From contig CAYGMF010000004.1 in the NCBI GenBank assembly GCA_964351075.1, positions 1 to 33,412 on the forward strand: a stretch of 33,412 nucleotides of DNA, written 5' to 3'. This DNA is from an uncultured bacterium. Lineage in GTDB: Bacteria > Chlamydiota > Chlamydiia > Chlamydiales > JAAZZY01. Made by a program: the position numbers and the translations under genes. Each line of letters starts with the position of its first letter. Within the stretch, counting starts at the first letter, position 1. This document shows, piece by piece, positions 1 to 9,291 of the stretch. The notes under the pieces are model-generated. The model was not told the origin of the DNA and searched no databases. It saw only the letters and a program-made list of their open reading frames with translations.

Positions 1-251
1 TCAGCACTGATTTTAAGCTCTGTCCCTTTACTCGCTGCAAGCATTAAAATACCTAAAATAGATTTAGCGTTTACAGTGATCTCCTCCAAACTTAAATGGA
101 TGGTAGACGCAAACTTACTTGCACATTTAACAAGTTCTGTAGAAGGACGTGTGTGTAGCCCTTTTTCATTTTCAATAACAAAAAAAGATTGGCACACATT
201 ACCTGAAGGTGCATTTTTATTTTTAGAGTATAATTTGTCACATTGAAGCAT
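1..251 (-). CDS. ptsH: Phosphocarrier protein HPr (PTS); 3' end cut by window edge
   Basis: Not in the ORF track because it is edge-truncated. My minus-strand translation from the ATG at 251..249 is MLQCDKLYSKNKNAPSGNVCQSFFVIENEKGLHTRPSTELVKCASKFASTIHLSLEEITVNAKSILGILMLAASKGTELKISA.. It contains the HPr active-site His motif GLHTRP and the regulatory Ser motif NAKSILG. Confidence 0.8.
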   Translation of the reverse strand, partial: MLQCDKLYSKNKNAPSGNVCQSFFVIENEKGLHTRPSTELVKCASKFASTIHLSLEEITVNAKSILGILMLAASKGTELKISA

Positions 252-324
252 GGCTTGTCCTACTTATTAGGTATTGAATAGTTATAGGAATAAGGGAAGT
301 CACTGTTTTTCTGCAATCCTTTTT

Positions 325-2148
325 TTAGATGCTAGAAAGTTTTTTAATTTCCTTCAGTTTTTGAACAAGTTCTTGGAAAATAGAAAGAGCTTTCTCAATC
401 GGTTTTGTTGACTCCATATCCACTCCAGCAGTTCTCAGAAGGTCTAACGGATATTCATGACCCCCTTGGCTTAAAAATTTCAAATAAGCCTCTTTTGAAC
501 CTGGTTCTTTGTCTAGAACTCGGTATGCCAAAGTTAAGGCTGCTGAAATTCCCGTTGCATATTGATAGACATAGAAATTGGAATAGAAATGTGGGACTCT
601 TGCCCATTCAATAGCCACCTCTGGATCCAAAGTGATGTGAGGGCCATAGTAGTCGCGATTGAGCTGATAGTAATATTCATTGATTGCTGTTGCAGTGAGT
701 GGCTGATTTGCTTCTGAGCACTCATGTAAATGAAGCTCGAACTCTGCAAACAGAGTTTGTCTAAAGAGTGTTCCTCTCATTTCTTCAATGCGCTCATGTA
801 ATAGATTGATCTGATCTTCTTCAATAGTTTGCTGCTTCAGTAAGTAATCCATTAAAAGCGTTTCATTAAAGATGGAGGCGACCTCTGCCACAAAGATAGG
901 GTAGCGAGAATATTGATAGGGCTGGTTTTTATGGCTATACAAAGTGTGCATGCTATGCCCTGCCTCGTGGGCGAGTGTAAACACATCGTTTAAAGTCCCT
1001 TTATAATTCATTAGAATGTAGGGATGGCTATCATAACAGCCAGATGAATAAGCTCCAGATCGTTTGTGTTGGTTTTCATAAATGTCTACCCAGCCTTCTT
1101 CTGTTAAACCCCTTGCAAGATGTTTTTGATACTCTTCACCTAGAGGAGCAACAGACTCAATGACCCACTCAACAGCTTGAGTGTAGGGGATCTCTTTTGT
1201 AGAACTTGTACAGAGAGGGACTTGTAAGTCATAAAGATGAATTTCATCTAAACCCAGAAGCTCTTTACGAGCCAAGGTAAAGTCATGAAGGCTTTGAATA
1301 TTTGCTCGCACCGTTTGAATCAAGTTATGGTAGGTCTTTGTCGGTATATTCTTATGATATAGGGCAGCCATGAGACAATTTTTATACCCCCGGGCTTTCA
1401 TATCAAAAATATGTTGTTGCACATGACCGAGTAAAAGTTCTGTGAGCGTGTTTTGAAATTTTAGAAAGGACTTGTGGAGCGTTTTGAATGCATTCGCTCG
1501 TAGAGTGCGGTCTGTACTTCTCTGAAATAAACGGTAGCTACCATGCGTTAAATCATGAGTCTTTCCTTCCGAGTCTTCGACTTGGCCTAAGGAAAGGTCT
1601 ACATTATTAAATAAGCTAAAAGCTTTTTGAGGGGTAGTTAGAGGAAGGCTTGCTAAAGACAACAGTTCTTCTTTATCTGAGGATAAAGTAAATTCCTTCT
1701 TGTGAAGTAGGGCTTTAAAGTAAAAGGCATACTCTTTTAAACAATCCTCTTTTAGGAAAGTGTCGAAAGTCTCCTGAGGAATAGCAAGTAGCTCTGGTTC
1801 TACCCAAGAGGTGTTTTGAAAAAATTCTTGATAAAGAAGGCTTGCCTTTTGAAAAAAACCTTTCCAATTATCACAATTCAAATCTTCATCATGTTTTAGA
1901 AAAATGTAGGTATAAATTTTTGAGAGTTCTCGATCAAAATCAGTGCTCAAATCTAAAATTTCTCTAATACACTCAGCTTTTGTATGAAGCTTCCCTCTAT
2001 ACTTCAATAGGCTTTCCCAACGCTTCTCTGAGGGCTTATTTAAAAAAGAGTTTAAGTGTTTCTCAAATTCGAAAGGAGTTTTATAAAGAGATCTCAAATT
2101 CCACTGGTCTTCAGGTCTTTGTTCCTCTCGTGTCTTAATCTTGGTCAT
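325..2148 (-). CDS. pepF: Oligoendopeptidase F (M3B zinc metallopeptidase)
   Basis: 607-aa ORF with the zinc-binding HEXXH motif (LAHEAGHSMH). Length and overall sequence are typical of PepF. It lies divergent from groES-groEL, as I recall for Chlamydia genomes. Confidence 0.9.
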   Translation of the reverse strand: MTKIKTREEQRPEDQWNLRSLYKTPFEFEKHLNSFLNKPSEKRWESLLKYRGKLHTKAECIREILDLSTDFDRELSKIYTYIFLKHDEDLNCDNWKGFFQKASLLYQEFFQNTSWVEPELLAIPQETFDTFLKEDCLKEYAFYFKALLHKKEFTLSSDKEELLSLASLPLTTPQKAFSLFNNVDLSLGQVEDSEGKTHDLTHGSYRLFQRSTDRTLRANAFKTLHKSFLKFQNTLTELLLGHVQQHIFDMKARGYKNCLMAALYHKNIPTKTYHNLIQTVRANIQSLHDFTLARKELLGLDEIHLYDLQVPLCTSSTKEIPYTQAVEWVIESVAPLGEEYQKHLARGLTEEGWVDIYENQHKRSGAYSSGCYDSHPYILMNYKGTLNDVFTLAHEAGHSMHTLYSHKNQPYQYSRYPIFVAEVASIFNETLLMDYLLKQQTIEEDQINLLHERIEEMRGTLFRQTLFAEFELHLHECSEANQPLTATAINEYYYQLNRDYYGPHITLDPEVAIEWARVPHFYSNFYVYQYATGISAALTLAYRVLDKEPGSKEAYLKFLSQGGHEYPLDLLRTAGVDMESTKPIEKALSIFQELVQKLKEIKKLSSI

Positions 2149-2164
2149 AAACGTAAAAACTTAT

Positions 2165-2193
2165 TTGAATGGGGTTAAAAAAAAGTTTAATAT
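2165..2193 (+). promoter_or_regulatory. Candidate sigma-70-type promoter of groES-groEL (TTGAAT-N17-TAATAT)
   Basis: TTGAAT at 2165-2170, a 17-nt spacer, then TAATAT at 2188-2193, directly abutting the CIRCE-like inverted repeat. A second candidate, TTGCGA(2229-2234)-N18-TATAAT(2253-2258), lies downstream of the operator. Confidence 0.4.
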
Positions 2194-2220
2194 TTAGCAG
2201 TTAAGCTTTCAGATTGCTAT
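2194..2220 (+). promoter_or_regulatory. CIRCE-like HrcA operator upstream of groES
   Basis: TTAGCAGTT-aagctttca-GATTGCTAT compared with the consensus TTAGCACTC-N9-GAGTGCTAA: 14 of 18 arm positions match and the 9-nt spacer is exact. It sits between the -10 candidate and groES. Confidence 0.55.
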
Positions 2221-2340
2221 TTTATATGTTGCGAAAAATAAGTATCAAACCTTATAATGGACTGGAATTTCAAGGAAGTTAAAATTAATAAAACATTTTT
2301 CTTAAAGTTCTAAACCCTTTTAAAAATCGAAGGAGAAATT

Positions 2341-2646
2341 ATGACTACAAAGCAAAAAGTAAAGGTCAAACCTTTAGCAAATAGAGTACTTGTTAAACAC
2401 CAAGAACCTGAAGACACTTTAAAAGGTGGAATCATTCTACCAGATTCAGCAAAGAAAAAACAAGAAACAGCGGTTGTAATAGCTGTAGGTCCTGGAGTGA
2501 AGGATAAAGACGGAAATTTAATTTCTGTTCCTGTCAAAGAAGGTGATGTTGTACTTTTAGATAAGTATGCAGGGCAACAAATTGAGCTTGAGGGAGAAGA
2601 GTACCACATCCTAAAAGCAGATGATATCATCGCTATTGTTGAATAA
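2341..2646 (+). CDS. groES: Co-chaperonin GroES (10 kDa)
   Basis: 101-aa ORF with KPLANRVLVK...GGIILPDSAKKK (mobile loop), preceded by GAAGGAG 6 nt upstream and followed 34 nt later by groEL. Confidence 0.97.
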   Translation: MTTKQKVKVKPLANRVLVKHQEPEDTLKGGIILPDSAKKKQETAVVIAVGPGVKDKDGNLISVPVKEGDVVLLDKYAGQQIELEGEEYHILKADDIIAIVE

Positions 2647-2677
2647 ATTTATCAAAAAATAATCATGGAGTTTTTAA

Positions 2678-4309
<1,632 letters not shown>

Positions 4310-4332
4310 TTCATTCTAAGCTGAACTTGATA

Positions 4333-4367
4333 AGCCCTCATATCTCACAATATGAGGGCTTTTTTTA
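4333..4367. terminator. Intrinsic terminator shared by convergent groEL and gloB
   Basis: Perfect 10-bp stem AGCCCTCATA (4333-4342) / TATGAGGGCT (4351-4360), an 8-nt loop, then T7 (4361-4367). The T-run overlaps the gloB stop codon. Confidence 0.8.
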
Positions 4368-5141
4368 TTTGAACTCGTTTTTCCGCTCTCTTAAAATTTG
4401 AAAGATCTCTGTTGGAGTAGCCTCAGGGGCATCGAGCAGTTTCTTCCAATAAGGCAAATCAGCCCGTAGAAATGGATTTGCCATGATTTCGTCTTTGAGG
4501 ACGGTGGGAAGTGTGGGCTTGCCTTGAGACCTCTTTAAATGCGCTTGCTTGGTAAATTCAATGAGATCCTGATTATCTGGATCGACAGATAGTGCAAAGG
4601 CTGCATTTTGCTCCGTATATTCATGTCCACAGTAAATCAAAGTATCGGGAGGAAGAGCCCTTAGTTTCTGCAAGGAGCACCACATATCTTTAGGGGCTCC
4701 TTCAAATAAAAAGCCACAGCCTAAACTAAAGAGAGTGTCTCCACAAAAGAGAAGGTCATCCTTATAAAACCAGTAGGCTACATGACCTAAGGTGTGTCCA
4801 GGGACTTCCAATACTTTAACTTTATGAGAGCCAAAGTGAAGGAGGTCAAGGTCAGAGACTTTATGGTCAAGATAAGGAATTTGATCAGCTTCTTTTAGAG
4901 GTCCCACAATTTGACATTGCGTAGCTTCTTGAATCTCTAAAACACCATTAATATGATCCGAGTGAAAGTGAGTGAGCCAAATGTGTAAAAGCTTAATAGA
5001 GTGTTTTTTTAAAAAGTCTAAAACAGGAGCAGCTTCTCCCGGATCAATGAGGAGACCTTGATTAGACTCTTTTAGATGTACACAGTAAGTATAGTTGTCA
5101 GATAAAATAGGAATTAGATGAACTTCTAAGTCTTGACTCAT
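4365..5141 (-). CDS. gloB: Hydroxyacylglutathione hydrolase (glyoxalase II, metallo-beta-lactamase fold)
   Basis: 258 aa with the THFHSDH (HxHxDH) metal motif, later GH/CGHEY motifs and the C-terminal NPFLR typical of GloB. Its start overlaps the upstream ORF stop (ATGA). Confidence 0.85.
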   Translation of the reverse strand: MSQDLEVHLIPILSDNYTYCVHLKESNQGLLIDPGEAAPVLDFLKKHSIKLLHIWLTHFHSDHINGVLEIQEATQCQIVGPLKEADQIPYLDHKVSDLDLLHFGSHKVKVLEVPGHTLGHVAYWFYKDDLLFCGDTLFSLGCGFLFEGAPKDMWCSLQKLRALPPDTLIYCGHEYTEQNAAFALSVDPDNQDLIEFTKQAHLKRSQGKPTLPTVLKDEIMANPFLRADLPYWKKLLDAPEATPTEIFQILRERKNEFK

Positions 5142-5539
5142 ACTGATTTTTTAACACGCCCTTTTAGATCTAAACTTGAAGTTAGAGAGTGATCAATCCC
5201 TTGCGCCAATCGCTTGCGAATATTTGCAATACCACGACTAATAGGAGCTGCATCTTTTCCGCCTGTAAATAAGTGAAAACTCTCTTTCTTGATTTGAGTT
5301 CTATCAGCGCTATGCCTTTCTAACCAAAGATGTATTTTTTCCTTAGTCTGAGAAATTCTCATCTCTGTCATTTTTTCATCAAGTTGGTGTAAACGCTTTT
5401 CAAGTTTATTTCGTATTTTTTGAGTTCTCTCTTCCATAGGCGCGTACTTGTTTGAATCAAAGCGCTCTTGCTTGACTTGAGTAAATTGAATCATCGGAAG
5501 AGAAGGTATATTCGAGTTTATGTCCATTGGAGGCTCCAT
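5138..5539 (-). CDS. Hypothetical coiled-coil protein (about 129-133 aa), function unknown
   Basis: ORF translationally coupled (ATGA) to gloB. It is charged and helical (KIRNKLEKRLHQLDEKMTEMRISQTKEK) with no recognisable motif. The more likely start is the second ATG at 5527, which has GGAG 6 nt upstream. Confidence 0.6.
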   Translation of the reverse strand: MEPPMDINSNIPSLPMIQFTQVKQERFDSNKYAPMEERTQKIRNKLEKRLHQLDEKMTEMRISQTKEKIHLWLERHSADRTQIKKESFHLFTGGKDAAPISRGIANIRKRLAQGIDHSLTSSLDLKGRVKKSV

Positions 5540-5719
5540 TAGTTATTTTTTGAGCGTGTATAACAGAGGAAGTTTTTTTTTAAAACAAACAAGTATAAAA
5601 AATATTTTTTTTTGATAGAAATATCTAAATTTAAAGAAGAAAAGTTTCAAAATCCACCCAATTGACTTTTTCAATAAGACCGTGTACCTTTTTTGGTTCT
5701 AATCTTAAGGAGACCCTTC

Positions 5720-6994
5720 ATGTCCAAAAACGTAATTGAGGCTTTAGAAGAGAGAGGATTCATTGAAAGTGTAACCTCTGAAAATTTAAAGTCTTTAGCA
5801 AACAAACCCCTTACCCTTTATATTGGATTTGATCCTACAGCTGATAGTTTACATGTTGGTAATCTAGTAGGCATTATGGCGCTTGGGTGGTTTCAGAAAT
5901 ATGGACATAAAGTTATTGCTCTTGTAGGTGGAGCTACTGGCCTTATTGGAGACCCCACAGGTAAAAGCTTAGAAAGACCTTTTCTTGACCAAGAAGCACT
6001 TAACCTAAATTTAAAAGGAATCCAAAAAGATTTAGAACGTATTTTGGTCTTTAATAAAGATAACCCGGTTCGTATTTGCAATAATGCTGACTGGTTTAAC
6101 AAAATGGGCGCTTTAGACTTCTTAAGAGAAGTGGCTGGTTCATTTAGAATGGGGCCACTACTTACACGTGAAACTGTTAAAGAGCGATTAAAAACACAAG
6201 AGGGGATGAGCGTTAAAGAGTTCTGTTACCCGCTTATACAAGGTTATGACTACCTGCGCTTATTTCAAGAAGAACAAGTGACTCTCCAACTAGGAGGAAG
6301 CGATCAGTGGACCAACATTACCTCAGGTATAGAGCTTGTGCGTAAAAAAGAACAAAAAGAAGTTTATGGACTAACTTTTCCACTTCTTCTTAAAAGTGAT
6401 GGAAAAAAGTTTGGAAAAAGTGAACAGGGTGCTCTTTGGTTATCTAAAGACAAACTCTCCCCTTACGAATTTTATCAGTTTCTTGTCCGAACAGCAGATG
6501 ACGATGTCATTACACTCCTAAAAAGACTTACGCTTATGGAAATGTCTGAAATTAATCAACTCGAGCAGTCGATGAAAAAGTCAGACTATAAACCCAATAC
6601 CGTGCAAAAAGTTTTAGCAAAACAAGTTACTGAAATTGTACACGGAAAAGAAGAGTTGCAAGTTGCTTTAAAGGTTACAGAAGGAATGAAGCCAGGAGCT
6701 GAAACTGATTTAAACCTAGCTCTCTTGAAAAAAATGTCTAAAGATATCCCTTCCGTTACTTGCACTAAAAATGAAATCATTGATCAAAAAATAATAGACC
6801 TCTTAGCAGAATCAAAAATACTTCCTAGCAAAGGTGAAGTGAGACGGATGATTCAAAATGGCGGTGTTTATCTTAATAATTTACGCGTTGAAAATGAACA
6901 AAAAACCATTTCTCATGCCGATTTAATCGATGGAGAATGCCTTCTTTTTTCAATTGGGAAAAAAAAGAAAATCCTGTTCTTCCTAGGGGAATAA
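5720..6994 (+). CDS. tyrS: Tyrosine--tRNA ligase
   Basis: HIGH-type motif (DSLHVGNL), KMSKS-type motif (KFGKS) and a C-terminal S4-like domain (SKGEVRRMIQNGGVYLNN). I prefer ATG 5720 (AAGGAG 7 nt upstream) over the track's TTG at 5693. Confidence 0.95.
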   Translation: MSKNVIEALEERGFIESVTSENLKSLANKPLTLYIGFDPTADSLHVGNLVGIMALGWFQKYGHKVIALVGGATGLIGDPTGKSLERPFLDQEALNLNLKGIQKDLERILVFNKDNPVRICNNADWFNKMGALDFLREVAGSFRMGPLLTRETVKERLKTQEGMSVKEFCYPLIQGYDYLRLFQEEQVTLQLGGSDQWTNITSGIELVRKKEQKEVYGLTFPLLLKSDGKKFGKSEQGALWLSKDKLSPYEFYQFLVRTADDDVITLLKRLTLMEMSEINQLEQSMKKSDYKPNTVQKVLAKQVTEIVHGKEELQVALKVTEGMKPGAETDLNLALLKKMSKDIPSVTCTKNEIIDQKIIDLLAESKILPSKGEVRRMIQNGGVYLNNLRVENEQKTISHADLIDGECLLFSIGKKKKILFFLGE

Positions 6995-7002
6995 AAAAAA
7001 AG

Positions 7003-7107
7003 AGCACTTTCTTAAAAAAAAATCTTGAATCCAAACAAAATATCTTTATTATGGGCCTTTCTCTCTTTTAATGAGTTAAAGAGAGAATAGGTCCCAACGA
7101 AAGTGCT
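7003..7107 (-). ncRNA. Nested inverted-repeat structure; candidate small RNA or terminator module (orientation inferred)
   Basis: Outer 9-bp stem AGCACTTTC (7003-7011) / GAAAGTGCT (7099-7107) encloses a 10-bp hairpin TTCTCTCTTT (7059-7068) / AAAGAGAGAA (7078-7087), which is extended by GGGCC/GGTCC pairs. On the minus strand the outer stem is followed by a run of 9 T (complement of A-run 6993-7001). Confidence 0.3.
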
Positions 7108-7213
7108 TGATTGAAATGAGCATTGGGAACAGAATAAAAAATTATAATTATCAAGTTGAGATAAGACGAATTTATTAAATTTATTTATTTTTAAATTAAG
7201 GAGTCTCGAGGGT

Positions 7214-7534
7214 ATGACCACGATGGCTAAGAAAGACACAAGTAAGACAATAACTAAAAAGAACCTTATTAACGGCATTTCGCAGGAAAAGGGAATACAC
7301 CCTAATGATGTGCGAAGCGTAATTCAGGCTTTTTTAGATAAGATGACAAATTGCCTCTCTGATGGAGATCGGTTAGAATTTAGAGACTTTGGCGTTTTCG
7401 AAGTTGTACAAAGAAAACAAAAGATTGGCCGAAATCCTAAAAATGCTTCCGTTCCTATTGTAATTCCAGCTAGAAGAGCTGTGAAGTTTACACCAGGGAA
7501 GAAAATGAAGAAGCAGATCGAAGACGCTGATTGA
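7214..7534 (+). CDS. ihfA: IHF/HU-family DNA-bending protein (IHF-like)
   Basis: 106 aa with FRDFGVFEVVQRKQKIGRNPKN...IPARRAVKFTPGKKMK, the beta-arm RNP motif and ARR.V.F.PG signature of the IHF/HU fold. Confidence 0.85.
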   Translation: MTTMAKKDTSKTITKKNLINGISQEKGIHPNDVRSVIQAFLDKMTNCLSDGDRLEFRDFGVFEVVQRKQKIGRNPKNASVPIVIPARRAVKFTPGKKMKKQIEDAD

Positions 7535-7584
7535 AGAAGCTTAAAAAAAGCGACTTATCTTCAGTAATCCAGATCTGAGAAGTT

Positions 7585-7610
7585 GAGCGCATTTTTGGCG
7601 CTCTAATTTC
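7585..7610 (+). terminator. Weak candidate terminator after ihf
   Basis: GAGCGC (7585-7590) / GCGCTC (7598-7603) 6-bp stem, 7-nt loop, followed by TAATTTC. An extended -10 (TGaTATAAT, 7633-7641) follows and could drive the next gene. Confidence 0.3.
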
Positions 7611-7696
7611 CCTAAGTTTTTCATTTTCATGTTGATATAATTGGGAGATCTATTTTAAATAAGTTGTTTTTAGATTAAAATTGTTGACCAGTCATT

Positions 7697-9193
7697 ATGC
7701 AGCACCAGCTTATTAAATATTTGTGCGATTGTTTTTGTAAGGATCAGCATCTTTATTCAAACATCGACCAAAAGGTATTCCACTATCTGATAGACAAAAG
7801 AGTCTCTCCGTCCAAAGAACATTTTGATGGAGATATTAAGGAAAAAAACCCGGTCAAGAGACTTTCATTATGGAGAGATCTTCTTAAAACGACTCTTCTA
7901 TCATCTCTCAGAGAATCTCTTGGGGAAGGCAAAGAAGCATTGCAAGAAGCGTGGTATGCTCTTTCTGCGCAGAATTCTCTAAAAGAGTTTCAGCTAGAGC
8001 AAGCCTACACTTTACTTGTCGCTCACTTACTTAACATTCCCTATTGCTCTAAATATGAGCCCGTGCAAACCGAAAGTGGTTTAACGCCAATAGAAACAGG
8101 CTCTCACTGGCCTTTTATGAACACTCCCATACTTGAGTGGCACGCAGAGCTCGGAACCCTATGGGTTATATTAGGCAAACTCCTCAATAAACCAAGCTAT
8201 ACTAAAGCCGCTCAAAAACTCGCAAAATGGCAGACTAAAGGTCTAGACAAACATTTTAAACCGCATAAAGGTTTTCTCTCTTCTCATCACTTAAGCCACT
8301 TTACTAATGCCCTTTTAAGAGAAGGGGTACTATTTCATGCAATAGCACTTTCAAGCTCTGATGCACAAATGGCTTATCTTGCAAAACAGCATTTTTGTAC
8401 CTTACTCGAAACAAAAAAAGATGATTTTGAAAACTTTTCATTAGATGCTTTACTTCTCCTCAATTGGGTAGACCTGCTCTTTAAAGAGCAACTAACCCCT
8501 ATAGAACCTAAGCTTGATGAAATTGTCCAAGACTCAAATCTAGCGCTTGTTGGCTATAGATCCTCTGCATTGAATATATTAGTTTCTCTTCTTGGCGTTA
8601 ATATGGGGTTTGGTTCACTGAAAAACCAGGACCTTGAAATCCCTGCTTTTGGGCCTCAACTCGAACTTTTAGGAGAAGGTAAATTGTTTGGATTGATTGG
8701 CCAAAATCCTCTTAACTCTTCTCATAAGGAACACTTTCAAGTCGATACTGATCAAAATGAATTTAATCTCAAAGGGGTCGTTGGGCTTCCTAAAGTTGAA
8801 GCTAGCCAAGACTATTTTAAGACCTGGCAGTCTACCTCAGATTGGATGGAGTGTAATATCTTTTTTGAAGAAAACGCTCTTAATATTCACGTAACTCCCT
8901 ACAGAGTGAAATCTAAACTTTTTTTTGTCTTTTATGCGATAGCAGAAAAGTGTTTGGTCGGAGGTGAAGAGAAAATTCTCCCTCACTCCCTCAATCAATA
9001 TCAAGGAGATGCAGCTCCTATCACACTTATTGGGAAAGAGAGCATCCTAAACTTGAATTCCCACGATCAAAAGAATCAGCTGAAAATTATTCCACTCGAA
9101 GGACATAGAAGCTTTTGGGGAGCTAATTACTTAATTGCCTACCATTTAAATAATAAATATAGTACTTTTAAATGGAAAATAAGCACAGAGTGA
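7697..9193 (+). CDS. Hypothetical protein, 498 aa; helical N-terminal half plus beta-rich C-terminal half
   Basis: Long uninterrupted ORF in coding-like composition. It occupies the position between ihf and accA that a conserved hypothetical takes in Chlamydia genomes (from memory). No catalytic motif recognised by eye. Confidence 0.7.
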   Translation: MQHQLIKYLCDCFCKDQHLYSNIDQKVFHYLIDKRVSPSKEHFDGDIKEKNPVKRLSLWRDLLKTTLLSSLRESLGEGKEALQEAWYALSAQNSLKEFQLEQAYTLLVAHLLNIPYCSKYEPVQTESGLTPIETGSHWPFMNTPILEWHAELGTLWVILGKLLNKPSYTKAAQKLAKWQTKGLDKHFKPHKGFLSSHHLSHFTNALLREGVLFHAIALSSSDAQMAYLAKQHFCTLLETKKDDFENFSLDALLLLNWVDLLFKEQLTPIEPKLDEIVQDSNLALVGYRSSALNILVSLLGVNMGFGSLKNQDLEIPAFGPQLELLGEGKLFGLIGQNPLNSSHKEHFQVDTDQNEFNLKGVVGLPKVEASQDYFKTWQSTSDWMECNIFFEENALNIHVTPYRVKSKLFFVFYAIAEKCLVGGEEKILPHSLNQYQGDAAPITLIGKESILNLNSHDQKNQLKIIPLEGHRSFWGANYLIAYHLNNKYSTFKWKISTE

Positions 9194-9201
9194 TTGTAAT
9201 T

Positions 9202-9258
9202 CTCTTATATTAAGAGCTTTACGAAACGCCTCTGTACTTGAATTAAAGGGCCGTTTCG
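9202..9258 (+). other. Two hairpins between the 498-aa ORF and the L,D-transpeptidase gene
   Basis: CTCTTA-tat-TAAGAG (9202-9216) and CGAAACG (9222-9228) / CGTTTCG (9252-9258). No clear U-run, so the role is unclear. Confidence 0.25.
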
Positions 9259-9291
9259 GCGATAATTAAAGATCATTTTTATGAGGGGTTT

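Noticed and set aside
2226-2282. 18-codon mini-ORF (MLRKISIKPYNGLEFQGS) in the groES 5' leader as a possible leader peptide
   Set aside because: It has no RBS and no regulatory logic I can attach to it. Short ATG-to-stop runs are expected by chance in AT-rich leaders.
2310-2630. 106-aa ORF antisense to groES
   Set aside because: It lies entirely within, and opposite to, an unambiguous groES gene. The composition is low-complexity and Ser/Pro/Thr-rich, typical of shadow ORFs.
5693-5719. Upstream TTG or GTG starts proposed by the ORF track for tyrS (5693), accA (10306), glpD (17217) and the kinase-like gene (18902)
   Set aside because: For tyrS, accA and glpD, in-frame ATGs a few codons downstream have proper Shine-Dalgarno spacing. 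The glpD TTG also lies inside the upstream terminator's T-run. The kinase-like gene remains ambiguous because neither start has an SD.
7012-7278. 88-aa minus-strand ORF (MPLIRFFLVIVLLVSFLAIVV...) between tyrS and ihf
   Set aside because: Its N-terminal third is the antisense of the Lys-rich start of the ihf gene, where AAG/AAA codons read as Leu/Phe, which gives fake hydrophobicity. The rest runs through hairpin-forming non-coding sequence, and there is no RBS. The terminator-like structure at its 3' end is reported separately as an RNA feature.
8138-8155. TGGCAC motifs (also at about 16425 and about 193) as sigma-54 -24 elements
   Set aside because: All lie inside coding sequence and none is followed by TTGC at the -12 spacing.
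9244-9268. Sigma-28-like promoter (TAAAG ... GGCGATAA) upstream of the L,D-transpeptidase gene
   Set aside because: The -10-like GGCGATAA matches 7 of 8 positions, but the spacing to TAAA is about 10 nt instead of the roughly 15 nt of the consensus. The element also coincides with one arm of a hairpin.
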